A DNA stretch of 64,000 nucleotides from Amoebophrya sp. A120 (taxonomy: Eukaryota; Protista; Dinoflagellata). A program made the position numbers and the translations under genes. The notes under the pieces were generated by a model. It was not told the DNA's origin. It ran no database searches and worked only from the letters and a program-made list of their open reading frames with translations. Where the stretch lies: contig CAJINV010000002.1 of assembly GCA_905178155.1 (NCBI GenBank), positions 3,300,515 through 3,364,514 on the forward strand, in the 5' to 3' direction. Position 1 is the first letter of the stretch; each line of letters begins with the position of its first letter. Shown in pieces: positions 50,473-62,700 of this stretch.

Positions 50473-50700
50473 TATCCCGAAAAAAAACTCTGTGAGTGTA
50501 ACTTTTACTTTCGTGGGGTGACAGCATGACAAATTTATTCCACATGACCGAGAAAACCTGTTGTAATGCGTGGCTAGGATGTGAAAAGCAAAAGACACAT
50601 GAAAAGATGGTTTCGTGGCTGTCTGGCATGACACGTGTAAACTTTTTTGCATTTTCTGCATCACAGACTTACACCCACACAGGAGTTTTTTTCTTGCATA
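50473..50700. mobile_element. Introner (family I) upstream of the paralog 2 start
   Basis: TATCCCGAAAAAAAACTC...GAGTTTTTTTCTTGCATA, flanks CAGTT/CACCT; absent from the homologous region upstream of paralog 1. Confidence 0.75.
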
Positions 50701-50745
50701 CACCTACAAGACTCGACCACGAGCAACTGCTTGCACGTTCTCAAA

Positions 50746-53700
50746 ATGATGGAGCTCCTCTCGTCGGGTTGTACTAGTAGTGCCAGCACTACGTCCTCGT
50801 CGTTGTCTTCTAAAATGAGGCGGAGGAGTGGTCTGTCCACTGGTACTAGTTCTTACCGCGCCGCGGCGGTTTTCTTGACGACGTACTTGAATTTTCACCG
50901 AGAAGATGAACACCAACACACCACGAACTACACGTCCGTCCCGTCTGAAACCTCCACGAAAGCAAACAGCTTTGTGGCTGCCCTCTCGTTCTCAGCGGAG
51001 AAGATGAAAACCAAAACCACGGCTCGCTCTAAAAAGCGGAATAAAGCTGCCCTGGAGCTGGTGCGCCGTCGGAGCCGCGAAGGGAAAAGTAGTGACAAGG
51101 GCGATGTTGAACAAGAGGAAATAAGTCGCGCTAGCAGAAGTGCTGGCACTGCATCTCCTGGTTTGAAAATTATACCTTCAGCACCACGAGCAGAAGAAAC
51201 TGCAGCGGTCGAAGCAGCACCTTCCCGAGCAGAGGTGATCAGCGCCAGCTTTCACGACTTCGAACGCCAGACGCACCTGCAGGACGGCGCAACAGAAATA
51301 AAATCTTCGCAGTTTCTGCAAGAACAACTACAGATGACAAGAAGCAAAACGACACGACACACCGAATCTACATCGAGCTTCGAAATTGAGTACGAAAGCA
51401 TCGGGAACGGGTGGTGCGCGCATTCCGTCTACGCACCAACGGGTTTCGAACACGAGCAATATTACCACCGCACGGATTCTGCCACCTTTGGCAGGGATAT
51501 CTGCGACGCGAACGCAAACTGTCCCGCGTACCAAACCTCCACGGACGTATGGATCTGTCAGGATCGAAATCGACAAAGTTGAAATAATTTGCCATGCATA
51601 ATGAAAATGGATGCCAGGGGTAACCTAGTTTCCAAGTGGCGCATGACAAATTCGGGCAGAGCCGAAATCCAGTTTGTCATGCTGTTTGGGTAAGGAAGAC
51701 GGCTTTTGTCATGCTACTTTAGCACCTCAGTTTCTACCCTTCAACAGGCTTACAGTCTGCCTGACTTGCCTACTCTGCAAGACAGGCACTCATCTGTGGG
51801 CTGCATTTTATGCATGGCAAATCATTTCATCTTTGTCGATTTCGATCCTGACACATCCATAGAGCGGCAAGGGGCTCTACAATCATCTGGTCCATTATCC
51901 AGACGGTGATGCATTTACGCCCGTGTTGCCGAACCTCGTGTACGCACAGCCCAGCCCACCCCTCGTATCCTGTGCAAAAGTATCGTACTCGTATTGCAAT
52001 CATGCATTACAAATCCTTTTGCTAAGGTAATTCTGCATTTATACAAATTTCATTTCTCATGCTGAGGAGATTTGTGATGCATTTAACCGAGTGCGATACT
52101 TTTGCAGTTCATACCTCGATTCCTGGAACCATTACGCTTGCATGGTGAAGAAGACAGGATTACTGAGAGGAAAAATCCCCCCACCCGATATCGAAAAGGT
52201 ATGTTTCCGAAAATTTTTTGTGTTGGTGATTTGAGACCACAAATAACGTCTGTCTTGCAAGAAGACAAGTGCAGCAGAGGCTTCCGCGCCATTATGGAAG
52301 CGATTGACCATGCTGCTGAGCCTAGGGGACAGGAGCCCTGTGTAATGCTAAACAACCAGACCCAAAGCGAAGGCCCCTACCTAGGCTGAGGATCTGGCTG
52401 CGATGCCGTATTGCAAGACAGCGCGCATTTGTGTACGGAGTTCCAGCATCAGAAACTTCGTCTCGATATGGGGAGGGGGGATTTTTCCTTCGGATAAGGA
52501 TTTATCCCCGTCGGACACTGCGGGACCACGCATCTGGTATTAAATGCAAAAATGTCTGGGTCGTCTGGAAGATTGCGAGGCTTGTCATGCGTGTCTGGCA
52601 TGACTAAAAAGTTTGTGATGCGTGTCCAAGAAGAGACCCTTTTGCCTGTCATGCAACAACGCAGTTTGTCATGCGAAAAACGCAACACAAAGGAGCGCAG
52701 ATATTTCTCATGCTTGGCTGTGCATTACAGAGCATTCACTATTCCCAACGCAGCATTACAAATTTCCAGACCCACACATTTTTACATGTGATATCTGGCT
52801 GCCCACAGCAAGAAGTGCTCTGGCTGGGGTACAGAGACGGAGCTTCCGGGGGACATGGGCGGGTATGACAACTGCCGTGCCCGGTGCAGTAAGCATACAA
52901 ACTGCAGCCATTTTTCGCTGGTAAAGCGAGCAAGCGGCGTCGTCATCTGTTCCATTTACGACGACGCGGCTTGCAGCGAGTATCAGGACGAGAATGTCCA
53001 GTGTGACATGAGCGCCGCGGCAACCGGTGCTATGGAAGTGTCAGAATCGAAATTGACAAAATCGAAAAATTTGTGATGCATGAAATCGATACCAGTTAGA
53101 GCCTCAGTGTCCGAGTGGCGCATGACAAATTTCGGGAGCACCCAAATCCAGTCTGTCATGCTGTTTGGACAAAGAAGACTGCGCCTGTCGTGCTACTCTG
53201 GCAGCGCATTGCATACCCCTAAACTAACAGGCTGACAATCGGCCTCATTTGCCTGCTCCCCAATACAGGCCTGCAGTGCCCTACATTTTATGCATAACAA
53301 GCCTTTCGATTTTGTCGATTTCGATCCTGACACATTCATAGGTGCTAGTGGGGAGTTGATTCCGCCCAACGCGGGGAGCGACAAACCGCACCAAGTCGAT
53401 TGCAGGCTGACCTATAAGTGCGGCCCACGGGACCCTCACCTATGCACTGCAAAAGTATCGTACTAGTATGAATCGCATGACAAATAATTTCCTCAGCTTG
53501 AGAAATGAAATTTGTAATGCGGGTTTAACTTGACAAAACAAATTGTAATGCGTAAATGCGATTAGCACGGGTGCGATTATACTGTTGCAATGCATATCAC
53601 CCCCAGTATGACAACGTCGGCGACAGCGGCTGCACTGTTGACGAGGAGTCGCCATTCATCCTGAACGATGCTAATTTCGGCTGGAAAACTGCGTATCAGA

Positions 53701-56700
53701 CGGTGTCCGGCTGTTCCCACCAGGTGAATGCAGTTCCGAACTGCAGGTACGATCCTACCTGCACGGAGCAAGGTTGTGAAGAGTTGTGCAACATTCGCGC
53801 CGATTGTCAAGCCTACATGCAGAGCCAGTCCGAGAATTGCGACTGCAGATTGATCCTTACCACGCCAGAGCACAAACACCGCATCCTCGGTCGGTGGAGA
53901 CACATCAAAGACGGCCTCTACGCGGGCTATGCCCCATACCAGTGGGACCATGCTACTTGCTGGCGCAGGCCGGGCGGCAGTTCGGAGACTACACTCCCGA
54001 CGACGCCGGCCCCCTTGGCGGTTTGCGACTGCGCCCAGGGTGTAGCTAGCCAAGACCCCTCCACGTGTGTCGGACACGGAAAGCAAAACTGCGAAAGCTG
54101 CTTATCCTGAGTAAGAAAAAAGTCCCCACGACCCCATAGCTGTAAATGCAAATCTGCATGCTGGAAATGTTTCTCATGCGGAGCAGCCCTATGAGCAGCA
54201 TTTTCTATTTGTGTTTTGGAATTAGTCATGCTCCACATAAGCATGCTACACTAGTATACCTGTGATGCTGCTGAACAAGCTAAACAGGATTACACTTCTA
54301 CGAGGCCAAACGTGTCATGCGCAGCAGCCAAACCAGGTTGATTTGTCGAGCAGATTTCCCAACTTGACTATGTTGGGGTGGGGACGTTTATTTTTGCTCA
54401 GGATACTGCTACTTCCACTCCGATTACTGGAAGCTTCGCAACAACTGGCCGAGTCAGGGAGAAACTTCGTGCTGGCTATGAAGCTCTCAAATCGGTTACC
54501 TTCTCATCAACTGTTATATATGATTTGTCATACAAAACGCACACCAGCATCTTCCACACGATGAAACTACTTCGCATGACAAAGTTTTGAAGGGCTAAGC
54601 AGCATCAAAATCTGTGCCAGATTTGTAATGCGAGAGGTGCAAGCTCTATTCTACTTGCATCACAAATTCATGTAACAGTTGAGAATGTAACATTTGAGAA
54701 TGCCACACTGGCCGATCTGCGCTTGGGTTGGAGATTCCTCCTGCCAATCAAAAGAGACGGGTACGGGGGCGAACCGGGTCTACTACATCAAAACCGGTTA
54801 TGGAAGTGTCAGAACCGAAATTGACAAAATCGAAAAATTTGTGATGCATAAAACCGATACCAGTTCGAGCCTCAGTTTCCAAGTGGCGCATGACAAATTT
54901 CGGGAGCACCCAAATCCAGTGTGTCACGCTGTTTGGACAAAGAAGACTGCTCCTGTTGTGCTACTCTGGCAGCGCATTGCATACCCCTAAACAGGCTTGC
55001 AATCGGTCTCATTTGCCTGCTCCCCAATACAGGCCTTCAGTGCCCTACATTTTTTGCATCACAAGTTTTTCGATTTTGTCGATTTCGATCCTGACACATC
55101 CATACCGGTACTGAAAACTATTACAATGAAAAATGCCTCCACCCCAAGATTTGCGCAAGTTTCTCATGCAAAAGGTTTTCTTCAAATGAAGAACTTTTTA
55201 TCTATGCGTAAAAGGACTTCTACGAGCCTCTCTGATGCAGAATCTAAGTGCGCATCAAGGTATCTTTTGCATACCAGATCCGGCTTTTGTTGGGCTCCTT
55301 TGCAGCAGCACAAATTTGAGCTATTCACAATGGCGAACTTGTGATGCTGATAGATGCAAGACCACGGGGAATGTTTTCATTGGGAAGAAGGTTTGATAAA
55401 TACAAATAGTGGGGGTGGGGACATCGACATTTTTCATTGTAATACAAACACGTACTGTGACGTCACTACCGACGAGGCCTTCGGGGCAAACTACCCGGAA
55501 GCCGGCTGCCTCGCCACCTGCTGCACGAGGGGCTGTAAGGTGTATCAAATGTAAAAATGTCTGGGTCTGGAAACTTGTGATGCTGGGTGGCGTCTCATGG
55601 TGAGGCTATAGATGCCGGCTCAGCATGACAAGTTTCTGAGCTCCTAGGTGTTGCCTATTCTGCATGACAAACTGCGCTTCGGCATCACAGAAAAACGGAG
55701 CCCTTGGGCAACGTGCGTGACAGATTTAAGAGTCATGCCAGACAAGCATGAGAAACATGAATTCTTCCAGACCCAGACATTTTTACAGTTGATAAGGTGC
55801 CCACGGCGACAATTCGCGGGAAACTTGATCTGGGAGACGTATGGAAGCGTCAGGTTCGAAGTCCCCACATTTGAAACAACAATATACTATTTAAACTGCA
55901 GCAGGCCAGGCCAGAACTATTGAAGCCTTCTTGGGGTGTGTTCTGAGGTATGCAAAGTGGCTGCGCAGGAGCATCGTGATTTGTAATTGGCAGGCCACAC
56001 CCCAAAACACACCCCCGGCACACACCCCAGACACACCCCCGACACACCCCCGAACACATCCCCGGCAGAAACTGAAGCACGCCCCCGGACACATCACCCC
56101 AGGCAGAAAGCTGCATGGCTTCCAATGATGTGGAAGATAGAAATACGCGAAGACAAGCAGGCCCACCTGGGACGAGGGCAGCCCCTACAAATTCAAAAGC
56201 CGCCCCCGTGCTCCTTCGGGGTGTGTTTGCATGCGCCGAAATTTGTCATGCGCCGCTTACACAATACCATTCCCGCAGCAGCACAGTCTGTTTATGTCAT
56301 GCGCCGCTTACAAATTGGTCTTCCAATAAATGTTGTGCATCGATCATTTTGTGCAACATCGCAAATATGATTTCAGCTTTGTCGAAGATTTTGATCCTGA
56401 CGCCCCCATAAGCCGGCGACCTAGCACATTACTTCGCCGCGGCGCTGCGTTCGTCCCATTTGACACCCGGACAGGGGCCCTGGTACGCAATTCCGGGTGT
56501 GGGTTGCAGCGACGAATGGAACCCTGCTCATACACCGACGTTCTATTGCAGTTCGGGAGGCGCTCCGCTGGCGATGTTCACAGGAATATCAAAAGGAAAA
56601 ATCCCCCCTCCCCATATCAAAACGGAAATTTGTGATGCTGATTTGTGGCCACAAATCAGCTCTGTATTGCAGGGAGGCACTGCGGCCAGATCCCCAGGCT

Positions 56701-59700
56701 AGGTAGGGGCGTATGGGTCTAGTTGTCCAGCATGGCAAACGGCTCCCCTCTAGGCCCAACAACATGACAAATCGCCTCCATAATGGGGCGGAAGCTTCTG
56801 CCCTTGTCTTCTTGCAAGACAGATGTGATTTGTGACCTCAAATCCGCAACACAAATTTTTGGAAACACACCTTTTCAATATGGGGAGGGGGGATTTTTCC
56901 TCCCAATAAGGAAGTTGCACGCAGAAAACGTGTCGGTGCCCAAACGGCGTCAAAGGGGGAGCGTGCCTATCAACTGTAAAAATGTCTGGGTCTGGAAGAA
57001 TCCAACTTGTCATGCTGGTTTTGGGTTCTAAAAATATCTGTATTGCATGAGCAGCAAAGTAGAGAGTCCAAGTTTTACCACACGGAAAGAGCATTTGTCA
57101 TGCGGTATAGGCATCAGGAAGCCCTCACAAAATCTGTGACGCTAGGGCATGCATCACACACATCAGGAGTCATGCAAAATGTGCATGACAAGCCTGGCAA
57201 TCTTCCAGACCCAGACATTTTTACGCTTGATAGTGCCCCAAGCATAACGACATCACCTGCACGTCGTGCTCTGACGAGTCGAAATACCGCATCCGGGCAC
57301 ATTTTCCCACCACGGGACAAACCTCCTGCTGGCCCACGTGCGGCTCTTCGACGAACCAAAATTGCGCCAGTAAGGAGGGCATCTTGGGCGATCCGTTCCG
57401 CGTTTATTACATTCCAACCGAGGACGAGGACGTCTATTGTGGCGACGACGCCTATGGGGACTCGGACGCGGCCCGAAGCGCACAAAGTGGTTCCTACCCC
57501 GCCACCAAGTGCCGCAACAGTTGCTGCAGGATGGGGTGCAGAAGCCCGAGCACCCTGCTAGATCCCATGCATTCGCAGCGGCTGGGCCGACTCAACTACG
57601 GCTCAACCGTCTGGAGGGAGAACCTCCGCACAACGCGTATGGGGTTCTCAAATGATACATTCTCAACTGTTACATGATTTGCAATGCAAAATCACAATCA
57701 GAATCGACACGATCAAGCTGCGTCGCATGACAAGTTCTCCAAGAGCCAAACAGGCTGGGAATCTTTGCCAGATCTGTCATGCAAGACGCGCAATTTGACC
57801 CCTTTCACTTTTGCCATTCTTGCATCACAAATCCATGTAACAGTTGAGAGTGTAACAGTTGAGAACGCCATAACGCGCTTTCTTCCCCCGATGAGCTCGG
57901 GTGCCGCGCAAGTGGCCTCTGGCGTGGCGTGCGTATCCTGTGCAAATATATATGCAGTCTCGGTCTGGAACAAGAGTGTGAGGCTTGTCACGCATCGCGT
58001 GGATCACAGAGCTGGTCTGGAATGTTGCGCCCAGAAGCATCACAAATTTTCTTGCCAGAGCTTTTGGATGCCTATTGTTCCGGAGGAGGGTGAGAAGCTT
58101 GCCCTGTGCGTGGTAACAACTAAGAGGTGGGCAACTACTTTTGCGGTTCATGCAACTACACAGATTTTTTCAGGATTCAGAGGCAGGTACTTACTAGCAT
58201 GCCAAGAAGTTTGGTGGATCTTCCTTCCAGACCCAGACATATTTCTTTGCAATGCATAGTTCAAGAGCGGCTACGACCCGACCCCGCCGGTACGATTCTA
58301 CTGCCAGGGCGAAGGACAGAGCCTAAAACTTACCTCCGACGGGTGCGAGGAGAAAGTGTGTCGCTGCCCCAACGGCCCGGCAACTCCGATGGAACAGTGC
58401 CCGGGGGATGGCCTGATCTCCTGTATTGCATGCGGGACCAATACCAATTTCAGGCTGCGACCGAATTGGCCGACCGGCCCGGAAACTGCCTGCTTTCCCA
58501 CGTGCGGCAGTAACCAGTCCTGCTTGAAGCAAAACGGCGTGTATTTTGTGCCCTTGCCGGACGCCGACGCGTATTGCAATGACAGTGATCTCTCGGCTGC
58601 GGAAATCCTACAACTCAAGAACGCCGGCACGTACCCCACCGAAGGGTGTCGCGAGAGCTGCTGCCAAGAGGGATGCATATGCATTGCAAAAGCATCGTAC
58701 TAGTATAAAACGCAATACAAGTTTTTTCAGAAAAAAATGGTGTTTCTAATGCTGATTTGGCTAAGAAACCAGATTTGTCATGCATGGTTGCAATTAGTAC
58801 GAGTGCGACTGCGATGCTTTTGCAATTCATAACGCAAGCAGCCAAGCAATACAGACAAGGCGCGCCTCGAGGGAGTTGGAGGCGCCAATGTCAACCACGA
58901 CAGCACCTGGAAAGCCGCCCTGGAATCGGCGACGTTCCTGCCGTTGAACCAGGGATGGTATTGCAAGGAAAAATCCCCCCGCCCCATATTGAAAGCGCAT
59001 CATTCTGAAAATTTGTGATGCAGATTTGTGACCACAAATCCTTGCAAGAAGGCACATTCAGGCTGTCCGCCACGTTATGCAGGCACTTTGTATGTAGTGA
59101 GGTCACCGAACGGTTCTAACCAGGGAGTTTTTTTGCCATATACCCTGAAAAACGACCGGCAGTTTTCAAGCGGCCGGAAGCGTTTTTTGACATAAAAAGT
59201 TTTCAATTATCAAGCGGACGGGGCTTTGCCATCAAACAAGCCCGGTCGAAAACTATCCACTCGCACTTGATAAAACGACGCAGGGGAGCCGGCAAAAGGG
59301 GCGCCCTTCTGAGGCGCCCGCCGCCTTGGTTTCTGGCGATTTGGGGCGCCCAAAAAGTGGCGCGCAAAAAACGCGCCCAAAATCAAAACACCGAAACAGC
59401 ATGGCACGGCCGCGATTTCGGAGCATTTTGGGCGGCCGCGAAAGCGGCCGCCTTTAAACGGTTTCAGAGCCTGGGAAGCTTTGCAAAAAGCGCCGGCGTG
59501 AAAAATAAAAACGCGAAAAAGAAAAAGCGCCCCAGACGCGCAAAGCCAATCCGCATGCTATGGGCCCGATTTTTCTTCGCGTTTTGGGCGCCCCCCGTGG
59601 CACCCGGATCGGCCCCATAGCATGGGGGCTGGCCTTCGGAAAGGAATTTTGGCAAAATTCCTTTCCGAAGGCAAAATTTGCAAATGTGCTGAAATATGTA

Positions 59701-62700
59701 AGATGTTGTGCAACAACCTGACCCCTTTCCGCCGGTGAAAAGGGGGGGGGGGCCCCCACCCACCTTCCGGCCAGGAGACCCGAAAGCCAAGCGGCCGGGG
59801 CCGGCACGCTCGCAACCCAGTCAGACGGCCGGGGGGGGCGCGCGCAAACGAAGGGCATAGCACCGCGCACGCCCGCGATCTATGCATCGGCGCGAGTACA
59901 TTTTTTTTGGCGGCGCGCGCTTCGCGCGCGCAAGTTTCGTGCGTGAATTGCAAGCCAGAGCCAAGGCCGGAAAGCGCGCGCATGCACATGCGCCGCGACC
60001 AGATACGGCCAAAATCAAAAAACCTAAGAACCTAGACGCCGCAAGCGTGCGCAAGACTGCAAGCGACCGGGCCCCGCTGCCGCGGCGGCCGGCAACTGCA
60101 TGCCAAGAACGAGAGCCACGCCGCGCTTGCCCGACGCGGTTTCTTCGCCCCTTTTCCCGCCTTTAAGATGGGCCGGCCCCCAAACACAGGCCCCTATCCC
60201 TTACAGCTTGTGAAGGCTGCAATCAAAGCGCCACCCCTACCCCTTGCGCGCGTAACTTCCGACGCGCCCGCCCAAATCCAGAAAGCAGTCCACCGGGCGC
60301 AGCATTGTGAGGGGGGGGGGGGTGCTATTGCCTGCCGGCTCGGCGCCGGGCACCCCGCCCGGTCGGTGCGGCGCCCGGGGGGGGATTGGGGCAGGGCCCC
60401 TGCCTGCCGGCTCGGCGCCGGGCGCCCCGCCCGGTCGGTGCGGCGGCCGCATCTGGGTGCATTAGCCGTCCGCGCGGCGCCGGTCCACGGCCTTTTTTGT
60501 GCCGCGCCGCCACGCCGAGGCCGACCCAAGCAAGGCAGGGTGGAGAGGGGCGGCGCCGAAAAAAAAAGGGCAGCGCTCCATTGGCCAAGCTAGCGGCCTC
60601 TTCTCCCGCAATCAATGAATTGCGTGCGTGGAGGTTTGGCTCCACCGCGCGGCGAAGGCGTCGGGGCACGGCGGGGTGCCTGCCCTCCTCCCTCGCCGGC
60701 CCGCCCCACATAACTAGGTGGCGCGCGCTTTCGCTATCGCCGGCGACAAAAGCTATCAGGTAGCGGGCGGGGCCCGTTTCTCCTGTCAGACGTTGCATGG
60801 GGGCAGGTGGCGCCGCGCGGGCGGGCGCTGCGTGCCCCCGCCATGTAGTGGTTGAGGCACGTCAGGGAGCGGGGTTGTGCGCGTGCTTCCTGGGCCGGAA
60901 TTATCTAGGGGCGCCCGCGGGTGGCGTTGTGTGATTTGGTTTGCGTGGCGCCTCATGCGCAGCAAAGTTAAAGGAACGCAATGGGGTTCCGGCGCCACGA
61001 TCTAGTTGGCGATCGCAGGCAGGGGGCTATCCTCTGCGGCCCGTGACTTTGCCTGGCGCCTGCGCCTGCCAAGGAGGAAGGGAAAGCAACGGGGCCGGCC
61101 TGTTTGCAGCGCCTTTCCCCCTTCACACACGCAACCACGCACCAGCGCGCCCGCCGCGCCGCGTGGCGATGTGTTGCGCGCGGCATTGGTTGGCCACAGG
61201 CAGGGCGGGCCCCAAAGAAAGCCGCGGTCGCGCCGCGTGAGTGTAGTCGCGGGAAAACGCGCCGGCGCCCGGCCCCGGGTCGCTTGTGGCTTAATGGAAA
61301 ACATGGCAGGAGCCGGACGCCCGCCGCGCAAACAATTCAAGAGGTGTCTTCGTTCCTATGGCGGGATCGGTAATACCGTGCGCGCGCGCAGCGCGCGCGC
61401 GCGATTTTTTTTTATGCCGATGACGATTGCGGAAAGGGGGGGGGGAGGGGGTGCCACCCACCTGGAAGGGCGTCTACCCCCCTTTCCGCCGGCGGAAAGG
61501 GGTCAGGTTGTTGCACAACATCTAATGTTTCTCAAGTGACCGCCATACCCTGCGGCACAACGTTACTCGCGGCGGTATGGCGAGCTTAGAAAAAGCAAGG
61601 CCGCGGCCAAGGCGGCGGCCGGCGGGCAAAAAAAACCCCGCGACCTCACTACCCCCGCCCCGGCGGCTATATTTGGTAATGCTGTAAGGCCTAAAGGGTA
61701 GCCGTCTACCATGCTAGGCGCCTACACCAAAAGGCCCTGTCTAGGCTGAGGACCTGCGTGCAGTCCTCTACTGCAACACAAATCTGATTCATGTATCCAA
61801 ATCCAGCATCAGAAATTGTGCTTTGATATGGGGGGGGATTTTTCCTTTTGATAGATGGGCAACGATCGCCACGGTGCAGTGCAAGAGCGAATGGGACCCT
61901 GCCCACCCAGCAAAATTCCGGTGCCTCGGCGCAGGGCAACACCTCGCGCTGCAGGGATGCGACCAGAAGCAGTGTCGCTGCCCGCACGGGGACTATCCTG
62001 TGCAAAAGTATCGTATTCGTATTGCAATCATGCATTACAAATCCTTCTGTTAAGTCAAATCCGCATTACAAATTTTATTTCTCATCCTGAGGAAATTTGT
62101 AATGCATTTATACGAGCAGTACGCTACGATACTTTTGCAATGCATAGGGATCCTCATTCAAGCACCTGCCCGGCGCACGATGACGTTTCTTGCGATCCGA
62201 ATTCCTGCTCGGGGGCTAAGTGGCGATCTAAACTGAATTTTCCCGCCAACGGCCTATCTGCGTGCTACCCCAAATGCGGCACCGCCGCGAATCAGAATTG
62301 CGGGAAGACTATCAAGTGTAAAAATGTCTGGGTCTGGAAAAGAAGTGCCAGGTTTGTCATGCATATTTTCCATGACCCATGATGTCTGTGATGCATGCCC
62401 TAGCATCAGAGATTCTGCGAGGGCTCCCTGATGCTCGTCCCGCATGAGAAATTCCCTCTCCGCGTAGCAAAGAGTGCGTCTCTTTTGCTGTTCATGCAAT
62501 ACAGATCTTATGTAGAGAGCAAAGGTAGCATCACAAGTTACAACCTTCCAGACCGAGACATATTTGCAATGCATAAAGACAAACGGCGTGCATTTCATTC
62601 CCTCCTCGAATGAGAATGCGTACTGTAGTATCCTGAGCAAAAATGTCCCCACCCCAGAGTTGTCATGCAAATCTGCATGCGAAAAAAGTCTCTCATCCGG

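Noticed and set aside
59050-61680. Autonomous transposase within the GC-rich cargo
   Set aside because: Only short R/A/G/P-rich ORFs with no DDE, HUH or RT motif; no autonomous partner is visible in this window.
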